A DNA stretch of 64,000 nt. Origin: a virus. A program made the position numbers and the translations under genes. This document shows positions 1 to 10,005 of this stretch, in pieces (within the stretch, counting starts at the first letter, position 1; the number at the start of each line of letters is the position of its first letter). The notes under the pieces were generated by a model that was not told the DNA's origin, did no database searches, and saw only the letters and a list, made by a program, of their open reading frames with translations. The stretch covers positions 5,992 through 69,991 of IMG/VR virus record IMGVR_UViG_2713897041_000002. The stretch is one strand, 5' to 3'.

Positions 1-2025
1 CACATCGTAAGCGTAGGACGTGAAGACCGTGACCAACTCGTCCTCTCGTCGACTTTGTGCCGTCAACTGGGGCCGCCCCTGTAGCCAATAGATTTGCCGG
101 ACGATCTGCTTAACGGCTTCTCTTTCAGGACCTCCGCGAGCTAGAACGAAGCTCATCCGATTAGCGACGCTGTGCGCTCGCGGCTCCATTTCGTGTCTGA
201 GAAGAACGCCTTCGAGGGCAGACAGACAGTTACGCAGGCGATCCAGTGCATTCACCAGGGTGGTGCCTTTGCTGTAGGTCAGAATGCTTGCTCGCACGGC
301 CAGAGCGAACTCGTTCAGGCCATCAGGCAACACAAGTGACGCTGCGGCGCTCATGAGGCCGGACATGAGTTCCGAAATCTGCTGTGCGGGCAGACGCCAG
401 AACCCCAGACGTTCCGGCATGACACCTTTATTGAGCTCGAAACCGCCTTCGTGAAGGACGATCAGCGTTGATGCTGGAACGTACTCTGCGCCAGTGAGCG
501 CTACTGGACTGAAAAGGAACGACCTAGGCGCGGCCGGCGAGAAAAAGCGTAGCAAGTCCACTGTGTCTTGAGCAATCCGCAGTCCGCGCTCTTGCGCGAG
601 TGCGGGCTCCGCCTCCATAGAGACCACCACGGCGGCATAGCCTTGGATTTCTTTCCTCAATTCCTCGAACATTTGGCTGACTTGGTGCTCCTGCTCCGGT
701 CGAGCCGGGGGCACCCTGCTCCAAAGATTCTCCATTACCGCAGCGGTAATTGGTTCGATGCGAACAGGTCCGAAGTGGAAACCCTGCTCGACCTCCACGT
801 TGGCAATCGGCGCCCAGACCTCTATCGCTGTGATTCGTTCCCGTGCCGTCGTCCTTAGCATCTCGGAGAAGTGTGGCCCGTCCGCCCCAAATCGTTGTCT
901 AGCCCAATCGACGAAGGCATCTTCGACGAACTCACGGCTCAGGCTGGAGCGAGCCCAAGACGATTTCATGACCGTGTCAATCAACCCGTCCAGGCCGGTA
1001 TAGTCACTCTGCGAAAGGCCGTAGGGCTTGCCCTCATGGTGAATGAACATGAAGACTGGCTTTCCGCTCGCCTCCTGTCCCCAACCCTTGATGGGCCCGA
1101 TCAGCTCGCTGTCCGTAATCGTGGTCCTTGGTCTTTCAGTTGGAAATCCCTGAGGCGTCTGCTGGACATGGAGCTCTCGAATCTTGCTCCGGAGTCCGGA
1201 AGAGATTTGATCGAGCTCAGCGGTCTGGGTCGAGGTGAATGTAAAGGGCTCGACCGCGACGGAGCCGGGCGCTTCAGCCGGCGCAACGGAGACCGGGCGT
1301 CTCGTCGGGCTAATCGCTTGGAGCTGTGCCTGAAGCTGGCCGAGCTCTTGAAGGTCTGACCGATGGTGTTCCGCGAGGGTTGCATCCAGCCATGAGTGGA
1401 ATTGGTTGACTAGCGTCAGGTAATCTTGGGCGAACTCGTGGACATCTAGTTGCTCCCCGGCCTGCTCTAGGTACGTGCGCGCTACAGGCTTCCAGTCCTT
1501 CCAATCAAGGAGCGAAGCAGTCTCGTAGTGCACGCCCGTTTCCGCCGTGACGGAACCATCCGCGGCACCCGGATTGGACCTGAATTTCATGAACATGCTG
1601 GACTTGGGCAAGCCCCTGTGCAGCATGTAATTGCGAAGGCCTTGGACATATTGCGCTACGGGCGATTGTGCAAACGTCGCCACCACCTGCTTTTCGTAGG
1701 TCGCCAAGAGGTCAGTCTCTGCATAGTGCTTCCTCATGAAGACCCGCGTGTGCTCAACAAGGGTTAAAGCGGACGAGACGAAGTTGTGAACGTGACGGTT
1801 GAGCTCGCGGTGAGCCTGAAGCCCGGCTTCGCGGTTCTTCTCCATAATCAAAGCCATGCCCTGATCAGGGTCCTTGACTCTCTGTGCCGCCTCCATGAGC
1901 TCCACGGCATTCATCTGGAACACGTTGAGTGAGAAAGTGCGTTGATGGGCACGGTCAAGGTAGCCTGAGCCCGCTGACTCTGTGATTCGCCGGCGCAGAT
2001 CGGCGGCAGTATTGGATTCGTTCAT
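1..2025 (-). CDS. Large hypothetical protein, 5'-partial at window edge (>=675 aa). No recognisable motifs.
   Basis: Frame is uninterrupted from the ATG at 2025-2023 (MNESNTAADLRRRIT...) down to position 1. No sub-ORF appears in the track, consistent with a single ORF running off the edge. Same strand as, and 120 bp downstream of, the serine recombinase. Confidence 0.5.
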   Translation of the reverse strand, partial: MNESNTAADLRRRITESAGSGYLDRAHQRTFSLNVFQMNAVELMEAAQRVKDPDQGMALIMEKNREAGLQAHRELNRHVHNFVSSALTLVEHTRVFMRKHYAETDLLATYEKQVVATFAQSPVAQYVQGLRNYMLHRGLPKSSMFMKFRSNPGAADGSVTAETGVHYETASLLDWKDWKPVARTYLEQAGEQLDVHEFAQDYLTLVNQFHSWLDATLAEHHRSDLQELGQLQAQLQAISPTRRPVSVAPAEAPGSVAVEPFTFTSTQTAELDQISSGLRSKIRELHVQQTPQGFPTERPRTTITDSELIGPIKGWGQEASGKPVFMFIHHEGKPYGLSQSDYTGLDGLIDTVMKSSWARSSLSREFVEDAFVDWARQRFGADGPHFSEMLRTTARERITAIEVWAPIANVEVEQGFHFGPVRIEPITAAVMENLWSRVPPARPEQEHQVSQMFEELRKEIQGYAAVVVSMEAEPALAQERGLRIAQDTVDLLRFFSPAAPRSFLFSPVALTGAEYVPASTLIVLHEGGFELNKGVMPERLGFWRLPAQQISELMSGLMSAAASLVLPDGLNEFALAVRASILTYSKGTTLVNALDRLRNCLSALEGVLLRHEMEPRAHSVANRMSFVLARGGPEREAVKQIVRQIYWLQGRPQLTAQSRREDELVTVFTSYAYDV

Positions 2026-2144
2026 CGTGTCGGCACGCGGTCTTACATGCAATTATTGACTATTCCCCGACGCCGCTTCGATACCGGAAGAGGCGAGCCT
2101 TGCAACCGGTTTCAAAATCGGGCCACCTCGCGTCAGCGAAGCGC

Positions 2145-2726
2145 TCACTCTGCCGAACGGGCGCGTAGGCGCATGACGGTTTGGCGGCTTGTTTTCAGTT
2201 CGCGGGCAATCGCTGCGACAGACCACCCTTCGACGAGTCTTGCGCGCCCCAGCGCCTCTTGCCTGTCGCTGAGCGCACGGGGCCGGCCGAGCACCTTCCC
2301 AGCTTCACGTGCACGGGCGAGACCGGCGGCGGTTCGCTCCAGCAGCAGATCGCGCTCAAACTCGGCGACCGCAGATAGCACCGACATGGTCATCTTTCCG
2401 GCCGCGCTCGTGAGGTCTGCCCCGCCCAGCGCGAGGCAATGCACGCGGACGCCCATCGTCGTCAGTTCGTCGACAGTCGCCCGGACGTCCATCGCGTTAC
2501 GGCCTAGCCGGTCAAGTTTCGTTACGACCAGCACGTCGCCTGTTTCCAACCGGTCGAGCAGCTTCGAGAAACCCGCGCGCTGCTTCGCTGCAACGGAACC
2601 AGATACGCACTCGGAAACCACGCGACGCGGCTCGATGTTGAACCCAGCCGAACGGACTTCGAAGACTTGGTTCTCAGTCGTCTGATCAGAGGTCGAGACC
2701 CGGCAGTACGCAAAAACTCTTCCCAT
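2145..2726 (-). CDS. Serine recombinase (resolvase/invertase family)
   Basis: N-terminal YCRVSTSDQ catalytic-serine motif, resolvase core, and a C-terminal HTH (SRQTVMRLR). 193 aa. Confidence 0.85.
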   Translation of the reverse strand: MGRVFAYCRVSTSDQTTENQVFEVRSAGFNIEPRRVVSECVSGSVAAKQRAGFSKLLDRLETGDVLVVTKLDRLGRNAMDVRATVDELTTMGVRVHCLALGGADLTSAAGKMTMSVLSAVAEFERDLLLERTAAGLARAREAGKVLGRPRALSDRQEALGRARLVEGWSVAAIARELKTSRQTVMRLRARSAE

Positions 2727-3034
2727 TCAATCCATCCTGTCCCAAATCCATGTACGAAATATCCATCGTGTCCAAAAGTGTGTCAAGCAGATTTTTGGAC
2801 GGATCATGGCAAGGCATCCAAAACCGGACGTTTATGGACAAAAGGGAATGGCCGCCTCCTTACCCTGAACGGTCGGTCGTATGACGCGGCTCAACGGCCG
2901 TTCGCGCCGGGCAACGGCCGGCGTTCCAGCACTCCAGGCGAGAGAGATAGGCGAGCTTTAGGTCTATAGTGCGGATTCGTTGCTCCACCAAGCTGACAAT
3001 CGAGGCGATTCGAGTCCTGAACCTCAAATACGAT

Positions 3035-3772
3035 ATGAAAAACCAAATGCCGACACTGCTTTCGTTTTCCTTGTCGCCGGACTGGGCGGACAAAATCTAC
3101 ATCTGGGCGAACACGGTAGCCATATTCGCAGCCTGTCTCGCGGCGCTCTGCACGTTTTTGTCGTTTCGGACGAGCCAGATTCGGGATTACTACGCGGACC
3201 AGCGACGCGCCCAATATGAGGCAATGTCGGAGACCGCGAAAACGGAAGCGGCGCGCGCCAATGAGGGCGCTGCGGTAGCAAACGAGAAGACGGAAAAGTT
3301 ACGCGAGTCCAACCTGGTCCTTCAACAACAGGCGGATCACGAGCGGGCCGAACGACTAAAGCTTGAGGCAAGGGTCGCCCCGAGAACGCTGTCGCCGGAA
3401 GACGCCGTTCGTATGGCGAGAGCGGCGCATGAGTTGTGCCCACGTATTGGCCAAGTTGCAGTCACCGCTGCGAATGGCAACCAAGAGGCGCAGGCTTATG
3501 CTTCAGTGTTCGTGCGAATCCTAAGGGACGCAGGTTGCCGCTCAGACTTGAGCTTACCGATACCGGGGCTTCGCCCCGACATCCAAGGTGTGCATATTGG
3601 CGTACGGGATATGGCCAACTTGCCGGAAGAAGCGCGATTGCTATCGCGAATACTCACGGCCGGGAACGTTCCCCACGATACCGGACCAGTTGAGCAGGGA
3701 TTCTTTCCCGGTGAACGATGGGTACTGGTTGTGGGCGCAAAGCACGTACTGGAAGCAATTCAGGTCAATTAA
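3035..3772 (+). CDS. Hypothetical membrane-anchored coiled-coil protein
   Basis: ORF 2969-3772. The likely start is MKNQMPTLL, with a predicted TM helix (IYIWANTVAIFAACLAALCTFL) and a long Ala/Glu-rich coiled-coil region. No family recognised. Confidence 0.35.
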   Translation: MKNQMPTLLSFSLSPDWADKIYIWANTVAIFAACLAALCTFLSFRTSQIRDYYADQRRAQYEAMSETAKTEAARANEGAAVANEKTEKLRESNLVLQQQADHERAERLKLEARVAPRTLSPEDAVRMARAAHELCPRIGQVAVTAANGNQEAQAYASVFVRILRDAGCRSDLSLPIPGLRPDIQGVHIGVRDMANLPEEARLLSRILTAGNVPHDTGPVEQGFFPGERWVLVVGAKHVLEAIQVN

Positions 3773-3958
3773 CCCCGAGGCCCAGGGAAGCCGTTCGGCA
3801 CGGCGACGTTTCGCCGGCAGCGCCCAAGATGCTTCCACAGAGCATGCGGTATGTTTTGAATGCGGACCAGCCGTTCGAATGAGGGTTTTATGCGCTCGGC
3901 GAGCGGCAACAATTGGCCGGCTATGGCACGATGTAATCAGCCGTGGCTGGCCCCATAC

Positions 3959-4222
3959 CTAGTCGGTAACACCCGACGTACCGCTCGGCTCGGCAGGTTT
4001 CAGTTCAGAGCCGCAGTGCTTGCACTTGATCGCTTCCATTCGTACCGGCTCGGCGCAGAACGGACACTTCCTGTATCCGCCGAACTGCCCAGTCTCCGCC
4101 GCGATCTCCTGGCCGTTCTTGGCAAGCAAAACCACGACGAGCACGACGACAGGCACGAGAAACGCCAGCGTTGCAGCAAGCGCGCCGCTCGCGGTCCCTT
4201 GTGTCACGACCGAAGCCCCCAT
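3959..4222 (-). CDS. Small TM + zinc-ribbon protein, possibly the 3' remnant of a disrupted gene
   Basis: [35 protein letters not shown]...[22 protein letters not shown]. Hydrophobic helix plus a CxxC-N11-CxxC ribbon. It lies in the same frame as, and directly downstream of, the IS fragment. Confidence 0.3.
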   Translation of the reverse strand: MGASVVTQGTASGALAATLAFLVPVVVLVVVLLAKNGQEIAAETGQFGGYRKCPFCAEPVRMEAIKCKHCGSELKPAEPSGTSGVTD

Positions 4223-4246
4223 GACTACTGCCGGACCGAGGACGAT

Positions 4247-4621
4247 GATATGGGGCCGGCGCTCGTTGTAGAACTGCCGCCAGCGTTCGATGAGCACCTT
4301 GGCCTCGGCTCGGCTGCGGAACCATTCCCGGTTCAGCAGTTCGTCACGCAGCTTGCCGTTGAAGCTCTCGACGAATCCGTTTTGCCACGGACTGCCGGGC
4401 GCAATGAAAGTGGGACCGATAGCAGCATCTCGCAGCCAGCGCATGACCTTGGCAGCGGTAAATTCGGCGCCGTTGTCAGACCGAACGAACGCGGGCTTGC
4501 CGTACAGCCGCATCAGTCGCGACAGCGTCAAGATCACGTCCTGCGACCGCAGGCTGGCGCCGACCTCGATCGCCAGACACTCGCGGGTGTATTCATCGAT
4601 CACGCAAAGCATCTTCAACGC
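4247..4621 (-). mobile_element. Internal fragment of an IS3-family transposase (DDE catalytic core, OrfB-like). Truncated at both ends; no IS termini visible.
   Basis: [12 protein letters not shown]...[10 protein letters not shown]...[26 protein letters not shown]...YNERRPH. These are the typical IS3 OrfB D, D and E motifs and the C-terminal RPH. The fragment begins exactly at the W preceding the first catalytic D and stops before the usual SLGY tail. Confidence 0.65.
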
Positions 4622-6226
4622 CCACCCGCACAGTTCCTTCACGATAGCGTCGGGAATGTCAGCAACGCGCGTTGCATCGTTGAAGCCATGGCGAAACGAA
4701 TGGAAGTTCAACCGGCGGTCGGTCACCTTCTGTTGCTTCTTGAAACGGCCGAACCACTTCGAAAAGTTGTCGGAGAAGTAACCCGTCGCTGCTCGGGTCA
4801 AATCCGGGAATAAACGCTTCTGCCCCGTCCGCCGAATACCGGCAGCGTAATCGAGAAAGCCAAGCTGCTGCAGGATCGGGTGCAACGGCACTTCGCGCTC
4901 GGCGTTGCGCGTCTTCACCTTCTTGTCTTCGCCGACTTCGCTCGCTTCCGTGATGCGGATGAACGGGATGCCATTGGCGTCGCCAATATCAGCGACTTCC
5001 AGTTGGCACAGTTCGTTCAGCCGTGCGCCATGGTAAAGCGCGAGCAGTGGCACCCAGTACCGGCCCAAGAGATTTCGATCGATCTGCCGGTACGCCGCGC
5101 GATAGAGGTCCGCCGAGAAGAGCTTCACAAGGTCCACGTCGCTGAACGGCTTGCGGCCCTCGTCCTTGCTTCGCTTCTTTTGCGAAGGCTTCAAGCCATC
5201 GGCCGGGGAACGCTCGATGATGTGCTCTCGCACAGCCCATCGAAAGAAACTTGAGAAGTTGTAGAGGATGTTCTCGGCAGTCTTTGCCGAGATCGGGGCC
5301 ACCCCGTTCCGCTTCGCGTGTTCCGCAGCTTCCAGCAGAGTCATGCCGGAGAATCGCTTCGTTGCGTTAGCTGGCAAGTGTGCCAGCACGTCCAACACTC
5401 GACGCGCGTGTTCCCGCGTCACAGCGCTCAACGGGCGGCCACCGCCAGCGACCTCGCGCAGTAGTTTGAAACCGGGTTCATAGCCCTTGATGTTTTTGCG
5501 GCTAAGGTTCGCGCGCTGCGAATCGTTCGTAAATTGCTCGATCGCCTGATCGACCGTTATGCCGTTCTGGGCCTTCGAGGCATCGAAGGACGCAACGCCC
5601 TCAGCCGAGCCGCCTACGGGCCGATACAACGGGTCCTCGATGACATTGAAGAGCTGACCATCAACGATGAAGCGTCGCGATGCCTTTAAGCACTCTACCT
5701 CGCCACGGATCATGTATCTTGCCAGCATTTCGATGCTGGCCCCGGAAGCATTCGGGTGTCCGGCCGTCGCGAGCAACTGGCGCGCGCGATAGAGGTACTC
5801 GCCGAACGTTACCTCGTCAGGCCGCATCAAGCTAGTGAGAATGGGATCGAGATTGCACAGCTCGTCCTCGACGGCTACGCCCGGAGGAGGCGGTTGCCAT
5901 AAGGATTCCGTCGTTGCGTCCCAACGCGGCTTAAACCAGCCACGTGCAATTTGCTCAAGCACGCCGCGACTGAGCTGTTCCACGAGCGGAAGCACGTCAT
6001 CAGCCGTTTGTTTTGCCGCAGCCATTTGCTTCTGGATTTCGAGGAGCGCGGCAGGCAACTTGGCCCGAGCCTCATCAAAATTCTTGGTCTCAAGACTGAT
6101 CTTGATCTCGCGCTTGCCGAGACTATCGACAAGCAACTTGGGAACACGCTTGCGCGCATAGTAGGTGCCATTCCGGCGCACCAGTCCCGGTGTTTTTTCA
6201 TGTTCTCCGAGTCCTTTGTGTACCAC
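4622..6226 (-). pseudogene. int: Tyrosine integrase truncated at its C-terminus and fused in-frame to the IS3 transposase fragment (ORF 3959-6226 is a three-part chimera)
   Basis: N-terminal island-type integrase (MVHKGL...[13 protein letters not shown]...). The catalytic region [26 protein letters not shown] is followed immediately by transposase sequence at WALKML. The segment carrying the catalytic Tyr is missing. Confidence 0.65.
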
Positions 6227-6301
6227 TCTTCGTGGACCGCAGGAGCCGAAGCCTTTGATTTATCGGGATTTTCCAAGCTGCTCAAGCACTTGGGTGGGTT
6301 C

Positions 6302-6330
6302 TGGCGGAGAGAGGGGGATTCGAACCCCCG
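6302..6330 (-). other. 3' fragment of a tRNA (T-arm + acceptor 3' strand + CCA; tRNA-Ser-like). Candidate att repeat; no full tRNA here.
   Basis: Minus strand reads CGGGGGTTCGAATCCCCCTCTCTCCGCCA (T-stem/loop GGGGG-TTCGAAT-CCCCC, acceptor TCTCTCC, discriminator G, CCA). No complementary 5' acceptor strand (GGAGAGA) or D-arm occurs within the next 90 nt, so this is a tRNA 3'-end duplication, not a gene. Confidence 0.6.
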
Positions 6331-6886
6331 AGGATCGTCTGAAAATTAAGGGTTCGCGGGCAGTGCAATCCTAATTCCTGTCATTGCTCGTCATCCCGAT
6401 CTCAGTCTTCGCCGCTCGAATACCCTCTTCCGCCCCAGTTCAAAGAACAGTAGCCCGCAGCAACGAACGAACCTTCGATGGGTTTCGAACCCAAAACGAG
6501 GGTTTTGCAAGGGGCTGGCGAGGCGTAAAGCTCTGTTTTTTTATGGAAATGGAGATCCGGACATGCCCCTCCACTACCCTCATTCGTCCCCAAATTTCTC
6601 CCCAAATCTTGCCGGCGTTACGACGCCATTGCTAAAAACGCCGCTCTCCGACTTGGAGCGCCTTTTCAGGGACGGCCGGCGTCGCCCCGTTCGAGTCACT
6701 CAATCATCACGGGCGCCGGTCCGCTGACTAACCAATATGACACGTTAGCACGCAGCACTGCATGCTCTTAGTACGCTGCCCGATAGTGGGATCTCTCGGT
6801 AGGAAAATAGGTTGTCGACTGATCAAGTTCATCATCGATGGCGCCCAGTACGTCCGTGAAGACCGACTTGCTCGAATGGGGTGGAG

Positions 6887-7168
6887 ATGTGCGAATATAT
6901 TCGGAGTGAGTCGGCTTGGGGCGTGCTTACCGCTACGAAAAACGGACGCAACGAACGTTGTCAATGCAGGAGCGGGAGAAAATATAAGTATTGCCACGGA
7001 CGGACTGCGCTCGAACCAGCACACCAAGCTTTGCCTCCTGAGCTAGAAAAGGCTATTGCCGAGGCAAGCGCGAAAGCTATGGGCAAGGAGGCTCAACGCG
7101 TCGCTCAACAAGGGCTGGGCCGACCCATCATTAGTGCGGAAATTGGCGGACGCAGATGCAACAGGTAG
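6887..7168 (+). CDS. Small SEC-C metal-binding motif protein
   Basis: CQCRSGRKYKYCHG matches the SecA C-terminal zinc-binding (SEC-C) motif CxCxSGKKYKxCHG. ORF 6881(GTG)/6887(ATG)-7168. Confidence 0.45.
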   Translation: MCEYIRSESAWGVLTATKNGRNERCQCRSGRKYKYCHGRTALEPAHQALPPELEKAIAEASAKAMGKEAQRVAQQGLGRPIISAEIGGRRCNR

Positions 7169-7673
7169 ACCCAGGTTTCGGCTCGGAAGACGCCTCCAAG
7201 GTGCCCTGCGGAAACAGGCCGCTCATCCCCGAATCGTGTTTTTTGATGTTGGGGTTCCGGATGACCAAAGGGACGACACGCTACCGGGCTTCATGCTGCA
7301 AGCACTCCACGATTTGCGCGGGTTTGAAGGGCACGCCGAGCACACTGTTTCGCGATTTTCAACGATTTTGATTTGGAGCGTGAATTCGTACTACGGTGTG
7401 ATTGAGTGTCAGTTCTGGATGACGGATCGCGGCGGTACAGTTCGCCTAAGCGTGATTAGCCGCCACATCCGAAAGCCCGATCAAGTGATTCAGCCGTGGC
7501 AGTTCGATCATAGTGAGACCAAGACGAGGTGTCTGAACGCGGCTGCGCACTGGGCGCATCATACGCGTGCGGTATTTCTGAACGAAGGCAGCTCTGAATC
7601 CCATCCCTATGGGAGTCGACATCGGCAAAACGTATTCCAGATTCATTGGATTGCGCTCCGCAGCGGTCCTTGA
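7056..7673 (+). CDS. Hypothetical protein. Overlaps the SEC-C ORF by 112 nt in another frame, so it may be the downstream half of a frameshifted SEC-C gene.
   Basis: 205-aa ORF with no recognised domain. The long out-of-frame overlap with 6887-7168 suggests either a later start or a frameshift. Confidence 0.3.
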   Translation: MPRQARKLWARRLNASLNKGWADPSLVRKLADADATGRPRFRLGRRLQGALRKQAAHPRIVFFDVGVPDDQRDDTLPGFMLQALHDLRGFEGHAEHTVSRFSTILIWSVNSYYGVIECQFWMTDRGGTVRLSVISRHIRKPDQVIQPWQFDHSETKTRCLNAAAHWAHHTRAVFLNEGSSESHPYGSRHRQNVFQIHWIALRSGP

Positions 7674-7918
7674 CGCAACTCCGGAGCGTCCGTTCGGGGC
7701 CCAGTTCACAATGCCTTCTTCATATCAACGATAACCGATAAAATTTCAAAAACCAAATCAAGAATAAAATCAAAGGCACTTCCTTCTATCAGAAACCATC
7801 ACTCGCACCAGAATGAATGTTAAATATTGACTCACCCCTTGACACCAAACAATCAACACATCACCATCCGATTGCCACACGGCGGTTTTCACTTAAACCA
7901 TCATCAATCGATACGGAG

Positions 7919-8494
7919 ATGGCGATGTCGAATCGGATCGCAGTGACTGAACAGCAAAAAGAACTGGCACTATTTTTTTCCAAAAAAATTTTAGACGTAT
8001 ATTCCAAAATAGATCCTAATTTCTCGCGAAATGACGATTCAAAGGACGTGATCGCGGATGCACTCCTGCACGAATATTTTGGAACCGAGTGGAAACCTTC
8101 TGTTGCTGCCACGGTATCGGGCGTTGTATCTAATGCGACTGGAGCAAACGGGACGATCGCATTGGTGGAATCTAACGACTCCACATCCATATTAAAAAAA
8201 GATTTTACCGTGCCCCCGGCTATAAATGTACACATCGAAGTAACAAATCCGAGTGATGGCGAATACGTGCTCGATATATCCGCCAACATCTTTGGTTACG
8301 GCGTAGGCGGCCTTGCTCTTCACTTTAAAAAAGGCGAGTTATCAACAAATAATAAATACCTATCACCCTTGATTGACATCTGGTACCGCGCATCTATCAA
8401 TTTCAAAAATGGCGCTCATATTGAATTTGAAGCCGACGTGAAGCCTATTGCGATCGACAAATTTCACATTGGACCTCTTAATTTGGATATTTAG
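7919..8494 (+). CDS. Hypothetical protein in a low-GC islet
   Basis: ATG 7919 (MAMSNRIAV...) preceded by GGAG. GC drops sharply across ~7700-8520, with Asn/Lys/Ile-rich codon usage unlike the rest of the window. 191 aa; no known family. Confidence 0.5.
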   Translation: MAMSNRIAVTEQQKELALFFSKKILDVYSKIDPNFSRNDDSKDVIADALLHEYFGTEWKPSVAATVSGVVSNATGANGTIALVESNDSTSILKKDFTVPPAINVHIEVTNPSDGEYVLDISANIFGYGVGGLALHFKKGELSTNNKYLSPLIDIWYRASINFKNGAHIEFEADVKPIAIDKFHIGPLNLDI

Positions 8495-9251
8495 GCTTCT
8501 AGCATCAAATCCAATGAGTCAAGTTTCGGGTGTTGCTGGCTGAAATTTTACGCATATTTTGTGTCGAGCGCTCCGGATTTCGGGGAATTTTCGGAGCGCT
8601 TTTCAGTTGCAGGACGGGCAGCAAGTGATTGTGAGCGCACCTCTCTCGGCTGCAGAGTTGTAAGCCTACAGACGGCATCCTGCAACGTTCTTTGAACGTA
8701 TTGAGCCCTCCGCAGAGCAAACGATCGAGACACCGTTCAAGACGTTTATGTGGCTGCTTGAAGCGCACAAAAATGCAACGCTCGCGCAGTTGCTCGCGAA
8801 GATGGCCGAGGCGATTAATTTCGATGTTCTTGAGTGGCTTGCTGATCGAGATCTTCTAGAGGGATATGCGGAGCGGATGGCGTGGACTATTTGGGCACAG
8901 ACCTCGAAAAACAAATCGGAGACATCATAGCGACCAAAAAAACTAATGCATGAAGCTGAAAATCTCTCCATGAATGCAAGGGTGCGAAGGCGAACAGACA
9001 TCGAAGACTTCGGTCGTTTAATCAACGTCAAATGGCTTCGAATGACCGAAACGCATCTAGGTTCTGCCATAGTCACTATCCAGCGAACGTCGCTTCCTGG
9101 CCCCAATGAGACAGCGCCGGGAATCTGGGGGCCCGGCGACTCCCCAACAATTCAGATGTGTACGACAACGAATCGCCTCGTCCAGCGAGCCTCCCGCTCC
9201 GGGCTGTACAAAAGAGCCCGCAGTCAGCGAGCTTTCGTGTAACTAACAAAG

Positions 9252-9920
9252 CTATTTTGGGGCCGCAACGAGTTCGTCGGCCGAGTAAAGCTGCAACATA
9301 GCGCGCGCGGCGTCGACATTTCCGGTCGAGAGCCATTCTTCCCAATCGTCAGGTCGGAGTATGACGACCGATCGCTTTTCGTCGCCGGGCTTATGCATGC
9401 GCGACATGATGGGATCGCGCTCGGCGTTGACGGTGATCATCGCCATTGTGTGCAGATCGTTCCCGTCCAGGCCTTTCAAAGTCCGCCAAATCCCCGCAAC
9501 ACAATACGGCCGCCAGCCGGTCAGGCCGATTCGGTGCCAGACGTTTCGGCCGGTTTCATAGCACGGCTCGTAAATCCACTGCGCCGGAATCAAACAGCGG
9601 CGCCCCGCGCGCCATGCCGGCCCGTAAAGCGGCGATCGCCCGAGATTGTCGTCGCGCACGTTCATCGTGCTACGCATGATCGGCGGCCCTTTGCCCTCGA
9701 CCTTCGCTCTCTCGATGTTTGCTTTCTGCAAGGCGCGCGGCCAGTAGCCGAACCCCGCGAGGAACGCCTCGACGCGCCCGTCGATCATCGCCACCGTAGG
9801 CGCGAGATAGTCCGGGTAAATCTCCAACTCCCAAGGCGTTCTCTTCCATAGGTCGATCAGACCAAGCCGGAGCTCGCTGATACCCGGATCTTCGTCAGGG
9901 GCGCGATAGTTGGTGCACAC
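9252..9920 (-). CDS. SOS response-associated peptidase (SRAP / YedK-DUF159 family)
   Basis: Alignable to E. coli YedK: RRCLIPAQWIYE ~ RAICFADGWFEW, MAMITVNAERDPIMSRMH...RSVVILRPDDWEEWL ~ FLIVTAAA...HDRRPLVLSPEAAREWM. The catalytic Cys must be residue 2, so the start is the GTG at 9920 (GTG-TGC-ACC: M-C-T-N-Y), not the track's TTG at 9965. Confidence 0.8.
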   Translation of the reverse strand: MCTNYRAPDEDPGISELRLGLIDLWKRTPWELEIYPDYLAPTVAMIDGRVEAFLAGFGYWPRALQKANIERAKVEGKGPPIMRSTMNVRDDNLGRSPLYGPAWRAGRRCLIPAQWIYEPCYETGRNVWHRIGLTGWRPYCVAGIWRTLKGLDGNDLHTMAMITVNAERDPIMSRMHKPGDEKRSVVILRPDDWEEWLSTGNVDAARAMLQLYSADELVAAPK

Positions 9921-9969
9921 GACGGCACCTCTTTTCAGGGGATGGATCACTTCATCATAGTCCAAGATA

Positions 9970-9989
9970 TACTGTATAAAATTACAGGT
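9970..9989. promoter_or_regulatory. LexA (SOS) box between divergent genes
   Basis: TACTGTATAAAATTACAGGT matches CTGT-N8-ACAG with an AT-rich spacer and the TACTGT flank. It lies ~50 bp upstream of the SRAP GTG start and 17 bp upstream of the + strand ORF at 10006. Confidence 0.6.
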
Positions 9990-10005
9990 TTTCTCGTATT
10001 ACGAA

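Noticed and set aside
5835-6285. ORFs 5835-6161 + and 5875-6285 - overlapping the integrase N-terminus
   Set aside because: Alternative frames of the integrase-coding region.
6302-6391. Possibility that 6302-6391 is a complete tRNA gene
   Set aside because: Only the T-arm, 3' acceptor and CCA are present. The required 5' acceptor strand (GGAGAGA) and D-arm are absent within ~90 nt, so it was scored as an att-type 3' fragment.
6470-6500. GGGTTTCGAACCC motif resembling a second tRNA T-loop
   Set aside because: No adjacent acceptor/CCA or anticodon arm could be folded. Likely coincidental.
8664-9242. Small ORFs between the low-GC gene and SRAP (8748-8930 +, 8946-9242 +, 8666-9106 -)
   Set aside because: Mutually overlapping, with no RBS/start support or motifs. 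Left unannotated.
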